NCBI GenBank assembly: GCA_030704615.1
Contig: CM060733.1
Span: 73,160,001-73,224,000, forward strand
Origin: Takakia lepidozioides
Taxonomy: Eukaryota > Plantae > Bryophyta
DNA length: 64,000 bases
Reading direction: 5' to 3'
The notes beneath the pieces were generated by a model that worked only from the letters and a program-made list of their open reading frames with translations, did no database searches and was not told where the DNA came from. Positions 52,701 through 64,000 of the stretch are shown piece by piece. The position numbers and the translations under genes are program-made. Numbering within the stretch: the first letter of the stretch is position 1; each line of letters opens with the position of its first letter.

Positions 52701-54675
52701 AATTGCCACCAGCTTCACAAGCTTTGACTTGTATTTGGTTCTGGACTTGACACCGGCTTCCTTCAAGTGCTCAGTCAATGACTGCAACGTTTTGACCTGC
52801 CCCTCACTTTCCATGAAGAAGCGTTTGGCATGGGCCAAATCCAGTGATGTTTGACTGCCAACAAAAACATGCAGAAGCGTTACATTCGATTCATGTGGAA
52901 ACATTACTGGAAATTGGGGAAGGATGAGCAGAGGGAAATTGGAGCGACGACTTACTTCGTATATCACCTCCACCATTCCATCCATAGTGAGACGATACCA
53001 TGTCCGGTCTGTTTTTGCAACGGCTTTCTGAATGAGCTCCGGCTCCAGCATTTCCGCAAACATCTGCGATCAGTAAGACCAGTTTTCCTCACCCTGTACA
53101 GCATATGTGCCATGTGGGTATGCACGTACGCATTCTCAGTGACCCTGCAAGGCACACTCTCCAGTTCAGTACACGGAAGCACGGAATCAAACCAGAATGG
53201 AAACCGAATGCGGCAACCGGCATTCGAATGTGCTAGGGAGGGTATGAGTATTTACGAGTTGAGGTCCGCCATGGCATTCTGAGGAGGGAGGGTCTGCCGC
53301 CTTCACCTTCAGGATGACACACTCCACCATGTAATGCCAGCAATGTGCTTGGCATGGTTCTTGCTTGATGTACTCCCACCAGGCGAGAAGTCGGTGATTC
53401 CCGTCCCACACAAAGAACATTTTCCCGACATATGGCCGAAGTCGGGATCACCCTTCAGCGTCGCCTCGAATTGTGTTGCGAGTGTGCCAGTGGGATCCCA
53501 GTTGACAATCATCGGCAGTGGGTCCACGGGTTTCGGCCGTCCTCATTCTCTATGGAAACGTAAAACGCTGCCGATCCAGAGGTACCCTTCTCGAAATGCG
53601 AACTTGAGCTTATCCACATCTCCGGGAAGGGCCTGCCTGACGATGGGAAGGGAGACCATGCGACAGAGTGGGATTCGAAGAGTCCGTGGAATACCCTGCT
53701 GCCAGAACTATGCCAATGCTTACTGTGTGTCTCCTCCAAACTTTTTCCGCTGCACTTTTGAAATCCTCGGGAGAATGTCTGTAGGTGCCGGTAGTGGCTG
53801 AGCAGGTGGAGCATCCTCAACTGGAGCTGCCACTCTGGGGCCTGTGTGCGGGCAATTCTGCCACTGCAGGGCCCCTCCGGGCTGCTAGCTCATCGGTGTG
53901 AGGTCTGCCTTGCGACGTTCAGCGGCAGCACCCTCCTCCGGTACCAACTCGAGATCAACGGTTAGATCCCATTGCTTCGCTGCAGCAGGAGTCGGCCCCA
54001 ACACTGCAGGCGGGAAATCCTCAAGGAACTGAGCTTCAGCTCGTGGAAGCGGTTTGCGGGAGATTGTTCGCCCGTCGCCCTGATTGCCTTCTGCTTCTCA
54101 TCCTTGCAGGTGAAGGTGTCTGCTGCAATAGAATCTGTCTTCTACCCTGCTGCTTCATTCGCGTTGGGGGGGGTGAATCGGCCTGAGCCGGTTCAGAAGC
54201 CAGTAGAGGGACGGGCTGCTTCTTCTTCGACTTTGCTGGAGAAGGGCCCGACCCCTGCTGGCGATTCTCCATGATCGAAGAACGCGAGTCGATCTCTGAG
54301 ACTTTGAACTTGCCCTTCGAAGACGCGTCTTTGAATCGCAGAGGGCTAGGCCCGGCAGGAGTACCCGCGCTCGGGGATCGGGTGGGTGTACGTGCTGCAG
54401 CTAGCTCCTCGGACTCTTCCTGCGGCTCTTCGGATTCCTGCGATCCCTCCAGCACGTCCACCTTTCCTGTTAGGCATGCAAACATGTTCTGCATTCAAGT
54501 CTCCTAGCATTCAGTCTAAGAATTACAGAAGCAAAATGGGGGGTTCGGTGCTCGATCAGCTGCGCGCAGCCCGATCGCATGGAGCTCTCACTGGTGGCTG
54601 GGTTGCCTGAGTGGCCTGCTGCTCGGAGATGGCAATCTCCTCCTGTAGACGCATCTGCTTCCTCCCCTTCGGCAT
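49745..54675 (-). pseudogene. Gene B copy B: ParB/Srx-like domain plus beta-class amino-methyltransferase fold, multi-exon, frameshifted
   Basis: MPKGRKQMRLQEE start; VRQALPGDVDKL..., MFFVWDGNHRLLAW (~53400); DMIILDIPDG (~51050); TVLDLICGT and RHLFAYEED (~50270-50460). Confidence 0.78.
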
Positions 54676-55069
54676 TGGCCTACGTCCGAAGTATAATTTC
54701 CGGAGCTTGCGACGAGGTCTCCTGTCTGGTGCACGAACTCCCCCCCTCTCAGGTTCGAGCATAAGAAGAACAGAGAGAGGGAAAAGGGGCAAAGAGTGCA
54801 GATGGAAAGGGCGCGAGAGGGGTGACTGAGGAGACACGACAAAAGTAGATGAAACGGCGGTGATGCACCACTTGGGTTCGAAAGGTTGGACGAAAGTGTC
54901 TCCTCGTGGAGTTTGCGTCATTACGAAATTCGAATCGTTGAGGGTACGCCCGCCGTCCAAAAATCAAACATCATTATCCAACGGTCAGGCCGCGCCGCCT
55001 CATGCCCCTTCAGTCAGATAGAGTGCCGACATGTGCAGCAATTCCGTTGCTCCACGTGTTCACATTTCA

Positions 55070-56850
55070 AGGCATTTCCGTCCCAGCGTCTGATGAGTTG
55101 GAGCGAGAATGCGAATGCGGCGCCGCATTTCCGTTAAGTACGATCACTCTGCTACACATCCGTACTTGTTGGAAGAAAATGCGGCACCGCATTTCCGTTC
55201 CACCTTCACATACCTTAGTTGTTGAACGGAAATACGGTGCCGCATTTCCGTCCCACAGCTCCATGTATGAGATTCAGAAGGGAAATGCGGCGCCGCATTT
55301 CCGTTCCCACTTCACATACGTTAGTTGATGAATGGAAATGCCGTGCCACATTTCCGTTCGGGAAAGTATAGAGGTCTCACCTGGACAGAAATGCGGTGTC
55401 GCATTTCCGGTCTGGAAAGGTTGAAGGTCTCACATGGATGGAAATGCGGCAACACATTTCCGTAGCACAGCTCCAGGCCGAATATACAAAACGGAAATGC
55501 GGCGCCGCATTTCCGTTCGAGAATGTCGGAAGGTGCAACTCGAACAGAAATGCGGTGCCGCATTTCTGTACCCGTTGCGCACGATTTTCAGTCAGAATGG
55601 AAATGCGGTACCGCATTTCCGTTCTGTAGAGTATTAACGTCTGACGCTGGCGGAAATGCCTTCCCGCATTTTCGTTCCACAGCTCCATGCCTCACATACA
55701 AAACGGAAATGCGGTGCCGCATTTCCGTTTTGGAATGTCGGATGGTGGGACTCCGACGGAAATGCGGTACCGCATTTCAATTCCGATGTTTCAGGATATT
55801 TCATCAGAACGGAAATGCGGTGCCGCATTTCCCTTTTAAATCTAATACATTCCGTTCTGGAATGTTGGGAGGTGCGACTCGGATGGAAATGCGCTGCCGC
55901 ATTTCAGTTCCGATGGTTCACGATTTTCAGTCAGAACGGAAATGCGGTGCCGCATTTCCGTTCTGGAATGATGGTAGGTGCGACTCGGATGGAAATACGT
56001 TGCCGCATTTCAGTTCCGATGGTTCACGATTTTCAGTCAGAACGGAAATGCGGTGCCGCATTTCCGTTCTGGAATGATGGTAGGTGCGACTCGGATGGAA
56101 ATACGGTGCCGCATTTCAGTTCAGATAGTTCACGATTTTCAGTCAGAACGGAAATGCGGTGCCGCATTTCCGTTCTGGATAGTGTTCGTGTCTCAACCGG
56201 TCGGAATTGCGCTGTATGAAGCTGTCGGAATCTTACTCGGCTCCAGGCATCAGATACAAAATGGAAATGCGGCGCCGCATTTCCTTTATGGAATGTCGAA
56301 AAGTGCGACTTTGACGGAAATGCGGTGCCGCATTTCTGTTCCCGTTGTTCATAATTCTCAATCAGAACGGAAATGCGGTACCGCATTTCCGTTCCACCTT
56401 CACATACCGTGCTTGTTGAATGAAAATGCGGTACCGCATTTCCGTTCTCGAGAGTATGAATGTCTTTTAAGGACGGAAATGTGCTGCAGCATTTCTATCC
56501 CTCAACTCCATGCATCAGATACAAAATGGAAATGCGGCGCCGCATTCCCGTTCTGGAATGTCGAAAAGTGCGACTCGGACGGAAATGCGGTGCCGCATTT
56601 CTGTTCCCGTTGTTCATAAATCTGAATCAGAACGGAAATGCGGTACCGCATTTCCGTTCCACCTTCACATACCGTGCTTGCTGGATGGAAATGCGTTACC
56701 GCATTTCCGTTCTGGAGAGTATAAAGGTTTCCCCCGGACGGAAACTCGGTGCCGCATTTCCGTCGCTCTGTTGCATGACCAAGATGCAATACGGAAATGC
56801 GGCGCCGTATTTCCGTCCACCAGCAATCGACAGAATCACTCGTGACGGGA
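55070..56850. repeat. Palindrome array of copy B (~30 copies, ~53-bp period)
   Basis: Same 22-bp palindrome. Spacers are reverse complements of variants in 19263-21395 but in a different order and number. Confidence 0.93.
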
Positions 56851-57243
56851 AATCTGGAACCTCAATGGGTTGCATTGTTCCGAAACAACACAATTGCGGC
56901 CAGTCTTGATGAGCACAACTTGGTTGTCTGACCGTTTTAACCAGCAGTCCTGGCACTTGTCAGTGCGAACGTTCCTGTCTGCACCGAGAATACTGCTGGA
57001 TCCACCCTCAGGAGAAATTGTCAGGAGATGTTATTTCGTCGCCGAATCGGCCATCATTGTCCTACTCACTGGCTATGGAATCAAACCTCCCACCTTCATG
57101 CATGTAGCTTGAAACAATACTTTCCACTTCAATGTGCGACTTCCAATTGTCGATGGACTCCGCAGATCCACTTAGATGGTGCCTGTGAGCCTTGGTCTCT
57201 CGCTATACTGAACCTCGCACTTGCCAACTCCGTGCGGTGTTCG

Positions 57244-59590
57244 ATGGCTCCGAATTCCTACGCTATAGTTTGCTGTCCTCCGCAACTTGGGAGAGCCTGG
57301 ATCCCAAACGAGGGAGGACTTTGCAGAGTGACTGAAACTTACCTTTGTTCCAAATTCAAGCTCAAACCGGGCACAGTTTATTTGGAAGAAGAAAGGAAGG
57401 ATGTTCCTGGACAGGTTGACGAGACCATTGTCGTGCTAGGTAACGACGGAGGTTGCGGAATCGAATGGCACGTTCCCCCGTCAGACACCATCCTGTACCG
57501 AGCTGTGGGAATGCCCATTCCCTTTCCGAATCAGTCGCTGCCCACACCATCCACAAAGGAGTCCGGAAACCGAGAGGCGGCCACTGCCAACAGAGAGGTA
57601 TGCAACGATAATCATTCCCGACCTGGACCGTCAAGACCCTCCATAGCTTCTCGTGTGGACGTATTCGACATTTCCGACGAGGAAGATGATTGCATTGAGG
57701 TACCCATGTCCTCCACACGGTCGTTCAAATCCGGCATGGACATCTCTGTAGGTGCTACGCATGTGCCCTCGAGCATAACTCCAACCCGGTCCATTGTGCA
57801 GCTCCTACGACAACATCACCTCGATGGTTCTCGCTCCGAGCTGGCTGCTCTCGACTATGCCAAATTCCCAGTCAGAAAGGTAACGTTTCTGCCTCCCGAA
57901 GTCGATGGCAATGTCATCTTCGAGTTTCCACCTGTTTCTTCGTCAAAGAAAGCCTCCGGGATGTTAACAGACATGGATCGAAAGCATGACGGACACCCCT
58001 GGTGTGTGACGAAGACCGGTAGCACGAAAATTGCTGATGGTGTTCGTGTACGATATGTCCTCTGTGCGGGGAAGCTGAGGTGCCTCAATCCCACCTGCTT
58101 CCACTTTCTCTCCAAAGGAGGGCGGAGAAACGAGACGGATTGGACTGGCACAACGCATCATCCATTCATTGTCTCCAGCCAAGCTCCTGCGGGTTCTTTC
58201 AAGTGTGCACATTGCAAAGAACCACCGACGTGCATGTCCATGTGCAGAGCCAAGCAATATTACGTAATCCATTTGCTCCCGGACTTGACTAGAGCTTGCA
58301 TACACGTTGGGGTCCACTGCCACCCCTTGGCGAGAGGCAACATGCGTGAGGCTGTGCAGGAAGCACACGACATCATAAAAGAGGAGGTGAAATTGAGCCC
58401 CGGAGCCAGACCAAAGCAGATTCAGCTGAAGGCAGCCCACAAGATTGCTCTTGGCAAAATCATGTCTGAAGATGGTTCCGACCGAGAGCCCTTGACCGAA
58501 GACGAGATGCGTGACCTCTTGGAGTCCGTCTCGCACGTTTGTAGTCCGAATGTGCGGAATCACATCGTATCTTGCAAGCAGGAGTTCGGCAGGGGGTCGG
58601 ACATGTACTCAATCCTGGAGGTGAAACGAATGACTGGATATGACTACATCCAAGGTAGCAGGTTTCCAGGGCAAGGCAGCGAATCCGATCGTTGTTACAT
58701 TTTCAAAATGTCGACGTGTGGGCCTGGGAGTGGAGTCGACTTGGTCACTCGCATGACAACTGGAAACTTGTCGAATGCTTGGGTGATGTTTGATCACATC
58801 AAGCGAATTACAAACCATCAGTGGGTGACTATGGGTGCGCATGTTTATGACTATCACTCCAAGAGGCTCATGACGATTGCAATCTGCGAGATGAAAGGGG
58901 AGGACACACAGTCCGAGATGCATCTGTGGGAGGGCATAAACCAGCAGATGGCAAGGGCGGGATTGCCAGAGCCCAATTTCAGGGGATTCATGGCAGACAA
59001 CGCTCAGGCCAACGGGGCAGCGGTGCGGCGTGTGTACGGTGAGGACCCCAATGTTCCAATGGAGGGGAAAGAGAGATCCTGTGGATTCCATTGGATGCAG
59101 AGTCTATCCCACTACACTACCAAATTTGTTGCTAGCTCATTCCAGGCTGAACACCGTGTCCTTTGTACGGCGTGGAAGGATGCACCCACATTTGATGACG
59201 CGGAGGTTAAGTTTGCTATCATCGAGGCTTGGTGGAACACGTCAGGTGCAGTGGAGACAACCAATCTGGGAGCATTGCACAGCTGGTTGGGGTGGTGGCA
59301 TTTTCGGTATCGACAGTTCGGACAGTACATGCGGGAGGTAGGCTGCTGTCATTTTCGTTCATTTGTCTTTCTGTTACGGACATTTCGATTGGTCCCTCAC
59401 CGTTGTTTGTGTCCTTCTAGGAGCGGTGCTTGGATTCCGACACGGACATGCCGAACACGAATATGGCAGAATCGGTCCACTCCTCCTGGCGAGCGTCTTC
59501 TGCCGCACATCTGGTGGACGTAGTCACGGCCACAACGGAGGACATCGACAGAGCAATCATGCAGCAAGCCACGTACTACAAGTTCCTGAG
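57244..59590 (+). CDS. Mutator-like (MULE) DDE transposase with GCM-like Zn finger, 3'-truncated (copy B)
   Basis: Uninterrupted ~700-aa exon: WVMFDHIKR (D1), FMADNAQA (D2), CGFHW (CxxH); intron ~59338-59420; NTNMAESVH (E). Cys/His-rich N-terminal domain. Confidence 0.82.
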
Positions 59591-59598
59591 CTACAATT

Positions 59599-60051
59599 TT
59601 GAATCATTTCTACAAGGGTAGGATTTCAATGTCACCTATGGATTTGATCCTACAAGTACCTTGGGAGTTTGAGAAGTTAAAGGGGTTGGTGAAAATTGTT
59701 GAGCGATCAGTGTCGAAAGAAGGCACTCAGGCTGGAACCAAATCAGCACAATTGGTGCAAAGAATAGGAAAGAGAGGAGCCTATGCATGGGCTTATGAAG
59801 CTGAAATGCTGGATGAGATCGACTCAGATGATGATTATCTGGACTGGGAAAAGACTATGAGGCACCAGGAACAAGAAACCCAAAGGATATTCATGGCAGC
59901 AAAACATCCACAGAGCACACCAGATGGCACAACTACTACACCAAGCTATGAGGATGATCGCTGGAGTCAGCTGAAAAGGAGGCTACAAATCAATCCAAGA
60001 CTAAGTCTAGAGCAAAGGGATCAGCTACTGGAGATCATAAAGGAAAATTAG
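59599..60051 (+). mobile_element. Gypsy pol fragment (pre-RT linker)
   Basis: LQINPRLSLEQRDQLLEIIKE resembles the segment preceding Gypsy RT. Confidence 0.5.
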
Positions 60052-60055
60052 GCAG

Positions 60056-61265
60056 CAATTGGGAGGGGGCAATCCCGCCCTGGCCATCCGTTCGTTTATT
60101 CCCTGCCAAAGAAGCGTCTCCGATTGTGTGTCCTCTCCTTTCATCTCACAAATAGCAATTGTCATTAGCATCCTGTAGTGGGTGTCGTAGACATGTACAG
60201 CCATTGTCACCCACTGGTGATTTGTAATTCGCTTGATATGGTCGAACATGACCCAACTGTTTGACAAGTCCCCACTCGTCATCCGGTCGACCAGTTCGAC
60301 GCCGCTGCCAGGCCCACACGTGGACATTTTGAATACGAAACAACGATCTGCCTCAGTCCCTTGTCCTGGAAACCTACTTCCATGAATGTAGTCATATCCA
60401 CATCGTCGCTTTACCTCCAGAATGGAGTGCATATCCGAGCCACACCCAATTTTCTGTTTGCAGGAGACAATGTGGTTTTGGACATTCGGTGAACAGACGT
60501 GGGACACCGACTCCAGCAATGCCTCCATTTCCTTCTCATCGAGAGGAACTCTGTCGGAGCCGTCTTCCGACATAATTCTGGCCAACGCCATCTTATGGGC
60601 GGCCTGCAGCTGTATCTGTTTGGGTTTGGCACCAGGTCTCAACCTAACCTCCTCCTGAACGAGCTGCTCTGCCTCGTGGGCAGCCTCCCGCGAGTTCCCC
60701 CTCGCCAATTTGTGACAATGGGAACCAACGTGTATGCAAGCTCGTGTGAGGGAATATGACTCCCTCGTCCACTGATGTCCATTGAGGACTTGCCTGATCT
60801 CCAGGATAATCTCGGAACTTCCATGATCTCGTCGGAGTCGGACAGGTTGTGAACAACCTGGTTCTCGCTCGTCTTCATTGATGGGTTCGGCTGTGGATTT
60901 ACTTCGTTGCGGACTTCTCTCTTTGAGGTACCCACTCTCTGATTCGCTGATTGTTTCGTGGAAGGCGGCAGGATAGAAGGCGCATTTGGGGGCAAATGAA
61001 GTCCCCAACAGCCCTGTATATGACGTTGTCCGATGGTGGAACTCGCCATTCCCTGCCGTCGCCGATCGTGGAGCACAACAATACTTTCGACTACAACTCC
61101 GTTTGAATCCTTCCTTTCCTCCTCCAAAAATACCGACCCCGGTTTCAGGTGGTATCGAACGCAGAGATATTTCTCCATCACCCGGCCGATCTCCCCTCTG
61201 CACGGAAATGTAGCTCTATGCTCGTGAGGAGGGCAGTACACTATAGCGCTCGGGTTTTCTGCCAT
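60056..61265 (-). pseudogene. Sister-family Mutator-like transposase, internally deleted and truncated
   Basis: MAENPSAIVYCPP, LKPGSVFLEEERKD, TRACIHVGSHCH, FKMSTCGPGSGV, WVMFDHIKRITNHQW, all colinear with the 57244 protein. Confidence 0.85.
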
Positions 61266-61679
61266 GGGAGTTGTGCACACAAGACTGCCAGGACGGCGTT
61301 CAGACAAGCGCCCTGGGAGAAGGGGGGATGCAGCGAGGGGAAGGAATGCAGGGCCGATTTTTGCAAGCGACTAAGCCTATTCATGAATCCGGGGAGCCCA
61401 CTCTCCCGAAATTCCACTGTCAGAGAGTTGATGAACCTTGTCTATGGAATGCGGCCCCTGGCCTTTGCGCAATAACTGCCAACGGTATGCAGTCAGAAGG
61501 TATATGACATGTGCAGATGCGCTGCGCAAACCAATCATTACGGCGTCTGACAACAAGCGTGGGGGCGCGAGTGTGCAAGCACCTTCCCATGGACAGAGGG
61601 AACTGATAGAGGTGGCATTCCAGTGGGTCTGATTACAAGATTGAGTGCCAAAACCTCGCCGCTAAAAGTAAACATACAA

Positions 61680-63000
61680 CAGCGGCGCCGAATTTGCATC
61701 CGAGGCCGGTCGGACGATTTTGTCTCCAGTGTGAGTCGGTCACCTGGCCGACAGAGAACATCACCCGGATGGAAAAACGGTGCCGAATTTCCATCCGAGG
61801 CCCGTTGGATGAAGTCGTCTCGGGGGGAGAGGCCGACACCTGGCCGACAGAGAACATCCCCCGCATGGAAAAACGGCGCCGAATTTCCATCCGAGGCCCG
61901 TTGGATGAAGTCGTCTCGGGGGGAGAGGCCGACACCTGGCCGACTGAGATCATCCCCCGGATGGAAAAACGGCGCCGAATTTCCGTCGGACGCCGACACC
62001 TGGCCGAAAGAGAACATCCCCCGAATGAAAAACGGCGCCAAATTTCCATCGGAGGCCAACACCTGCTCGACAGAGCACATCTCCCGGATGGAAAAACGGC
62101 GCCGAATTTCCATCGGAGGCCGACACCTGCTCGACAGAGAACATCCCCCGGATGGAAAAACGGCGCCGAATTTCCATCGGAGGCCGACACCTGGCCCAAA
62201 GAGAACATCCCCCGGATGGAAAAACGGCGCCAAATTTCCATCCGTCCGCGCTCTGAATTACCTGCAGGATGGAAATTCGGCGCCGAATTTCCATCCGAGG
62301 CCCGTAAGATGAAGCCCGTATCGGCACTTCTTCAACAACTTATAGTCGTTGCATCAAGTTTTTCGCATTTTTTTGTATGGCTACACACTAAACTAGGAGT
62401 TTTTTTGCCAACATGCCACATTTCGCACGTTATTCCCACCATTCTGGTCCGCTTAAGACAAATTCGTTGCCGGTTTTCCATCGATGAGGTGGACCGAATT
62501 ACCTGGCGGATGGAAATTCGGCGCCAGATTTCCATCCGCCCGCGTTCCGACTTACCTGCAGGATAGAAATTCGGCGCCGAATTTCCATCCGTCCGCGCTC
62601 CGAGTTACCTGCAGGATGGAAATTCGGCGGCGGATTTCCATCCGCCCGCGCTCCGACTTACCTGCAGGATGGAAATTCGGCGCCGGATTTCCATTCGTCC
62701 GCGCTCCGACTTACCTGGCGGATGGAAATTCGGCACCGAATTTCCATCCGTCCGCGCTCCGAATTACCTGCAGGATGGAAATTCGGCGCCGGATTTCCAT
62801 CCGGCCGCGCTCCGAATTACCTGCAGGATGGAAATTCAGTGCCGGATTTCCATCCGGCCGCGCTCCGACTTACCTGGCGGATGGAAATTTGGCGCCGGAT
62901 TTCCATCCGGCGTCTCCTGGATGAGAACTGCTCGGGCGGAGGGAGGGCCTCGTTGCGTCATACTTCATACGTTGGATGGAAATTCGGCGCCGATTTTTTC
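61680..63000. repeat. Sister-family palindrome array GGAAA(TT/AA)CGGCGCCGAATTTCC (~18 copies)
   Basis: Starts 61771, 61867, 61963, 62026, 62090, 62154, 62218, 62271; then 62512, 62565, 62618, 62671, 62724, 62777, 62830, 62883. Confidence 0.93.
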
Positions 63001-63599
63001 CATCCAGCGGGCAATTGACGAAGTCTCTGGGGGATATTCGGTGGGCGCCTGTGATCGACCTCCATACATTAATGGCGCAGTTGGGCATTAAATGTCCTCT
63101 GCCGTCGGTTTTGAACCGGGCTAGCGACAGAGGGATTCTGCGGTTGCTTCCCGGATACGCCTTGGAAACCCTATGCTAAACTTCTATTGGCAGAACACAT
63201 GGCGTGACCAAGTTGCCCCTATTCCAGGGGTGTTCTTGCCACTTCCAAACATATCGGATTTAATTGAAAAAATTGCATGAAGCCGTAGCAAGAACGACAA
63301 ACCCGGCTCTGGCAAATGTGGAAGAGAGTCAGCACTCGCCTAGAACGCTACGCATGATGGCAAGGTGGACCACACAACACTGGGTCCCTCTTTGACCACT
63401 CGAGCCCAGGCTCGAGCTCTCCGTACTGATGGAGGCACGTCCTCTACACCCGGAGCATCTGGAGATGACAACAATGAAGTAATAAATATAGATGAAGATG
63501 ACTAGAAAGGCTAGAAACGTAGGGAGTAGGCCAAATGTCTCAGGTTGCGAAAACTTAAATGTGCAACCCACTGTAGAGTCTACGTAATTTTTGAAAATA

Positions 63600-63960
63600 C
63601 GAGGTTCATCCTTTGAACCATTCTTGAATGACCTCATACTTGTTCGGTACCTGTTTGACGACATGTACAATATACTGGCAAAGTTTCAAAACAATCAAAA
63701 ATTGCTGAATGAAGATACCATTAGCTCACCCATTGCAATATTTTAAATCGAACTCATACTTGTCCGGTACCTTTAGGAGGGCATGTACAATGCAATGGCA
63801 AAGTTTGAAAGCATTCAGAAATTGGCACATCAAGTAACCATTGGTTCCTCCTGTGAACCATTTTTTATTGATCTCATACTTGTCCGGTCCATGTAAGAGG
63901 CATGTAGAACATACTGGCAAAATTTCAAATCATTCAATTTTTTTATTTATCAAGGAACCT
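63600..63960. repeat. Three diverged ~120-bp tandem repeats
   Basis: TCATACTTGTYCGGT...CATGTA...TGGCAAA recurs at ~63635, 63754 and 63874. Confidence 0.7.
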
Positions 63961-64000
63961 TTGGTTTATCCTTTTCACCATTAACGATTAATCACAAATA

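Noticed and set aside
49745-54675. Bacterial contamination as the source of the ParB/MTase motifs
   Set aside because: The motifs are split by GT-AG introns conserved between paralogues and are interleaved with plant retrotransposons.
57028-57243. N-terminal extension of the 831-aa ORF, and its last ~60 aa
   Set aside because: Similarity to the sister transposase starts at MAPNS (57244); the tail reads through an intron.

Overview
Eukaryotic, most likely land-plant DNA (spliced clade-F-like PP2C gene at the left edge). The remaining ~62 kb is a nest of mostly decayed transposable elements. Ordinary elements: a non-autonomous hAT with an 8-bp TSD, a pogo/Tigger element with a nested LINE fragment, a CACTA-ended element with captured UPF1-like helicase pieces, several Ty3/Gypsy fragments and a 3.3-kb GGCTGTGA satellite. 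Two things stand out. (1) A recurring large Mutator-like element, seen as two near-identical inverted copies plus diverged relatives. It pairs a DDE transposase (GCM-like Zn finger, C-terminal SWIM) head-to-head with a multi-exon gene encoding a ParB/Srx-like domain (DGNHR) and a beta-class N4C/N6A DNA-methyltransferase fold. Between the two genes lie arrays of a 22-bp palindrome (GGAAATGCGG-YR-CCGCATTTCC; GGAAATTCGGCGCCGAATTTCC in a sister family) spaced mostly at 53 bp, otherwise 63-64/85/96 bp, i.e. near-integer helical turns. (2) A Gypsy pol with a C5-cytosine methyltransferase between protease and RT. All domain calls are by eye from motifs, no searches were run, and most element boundaries are approximate.
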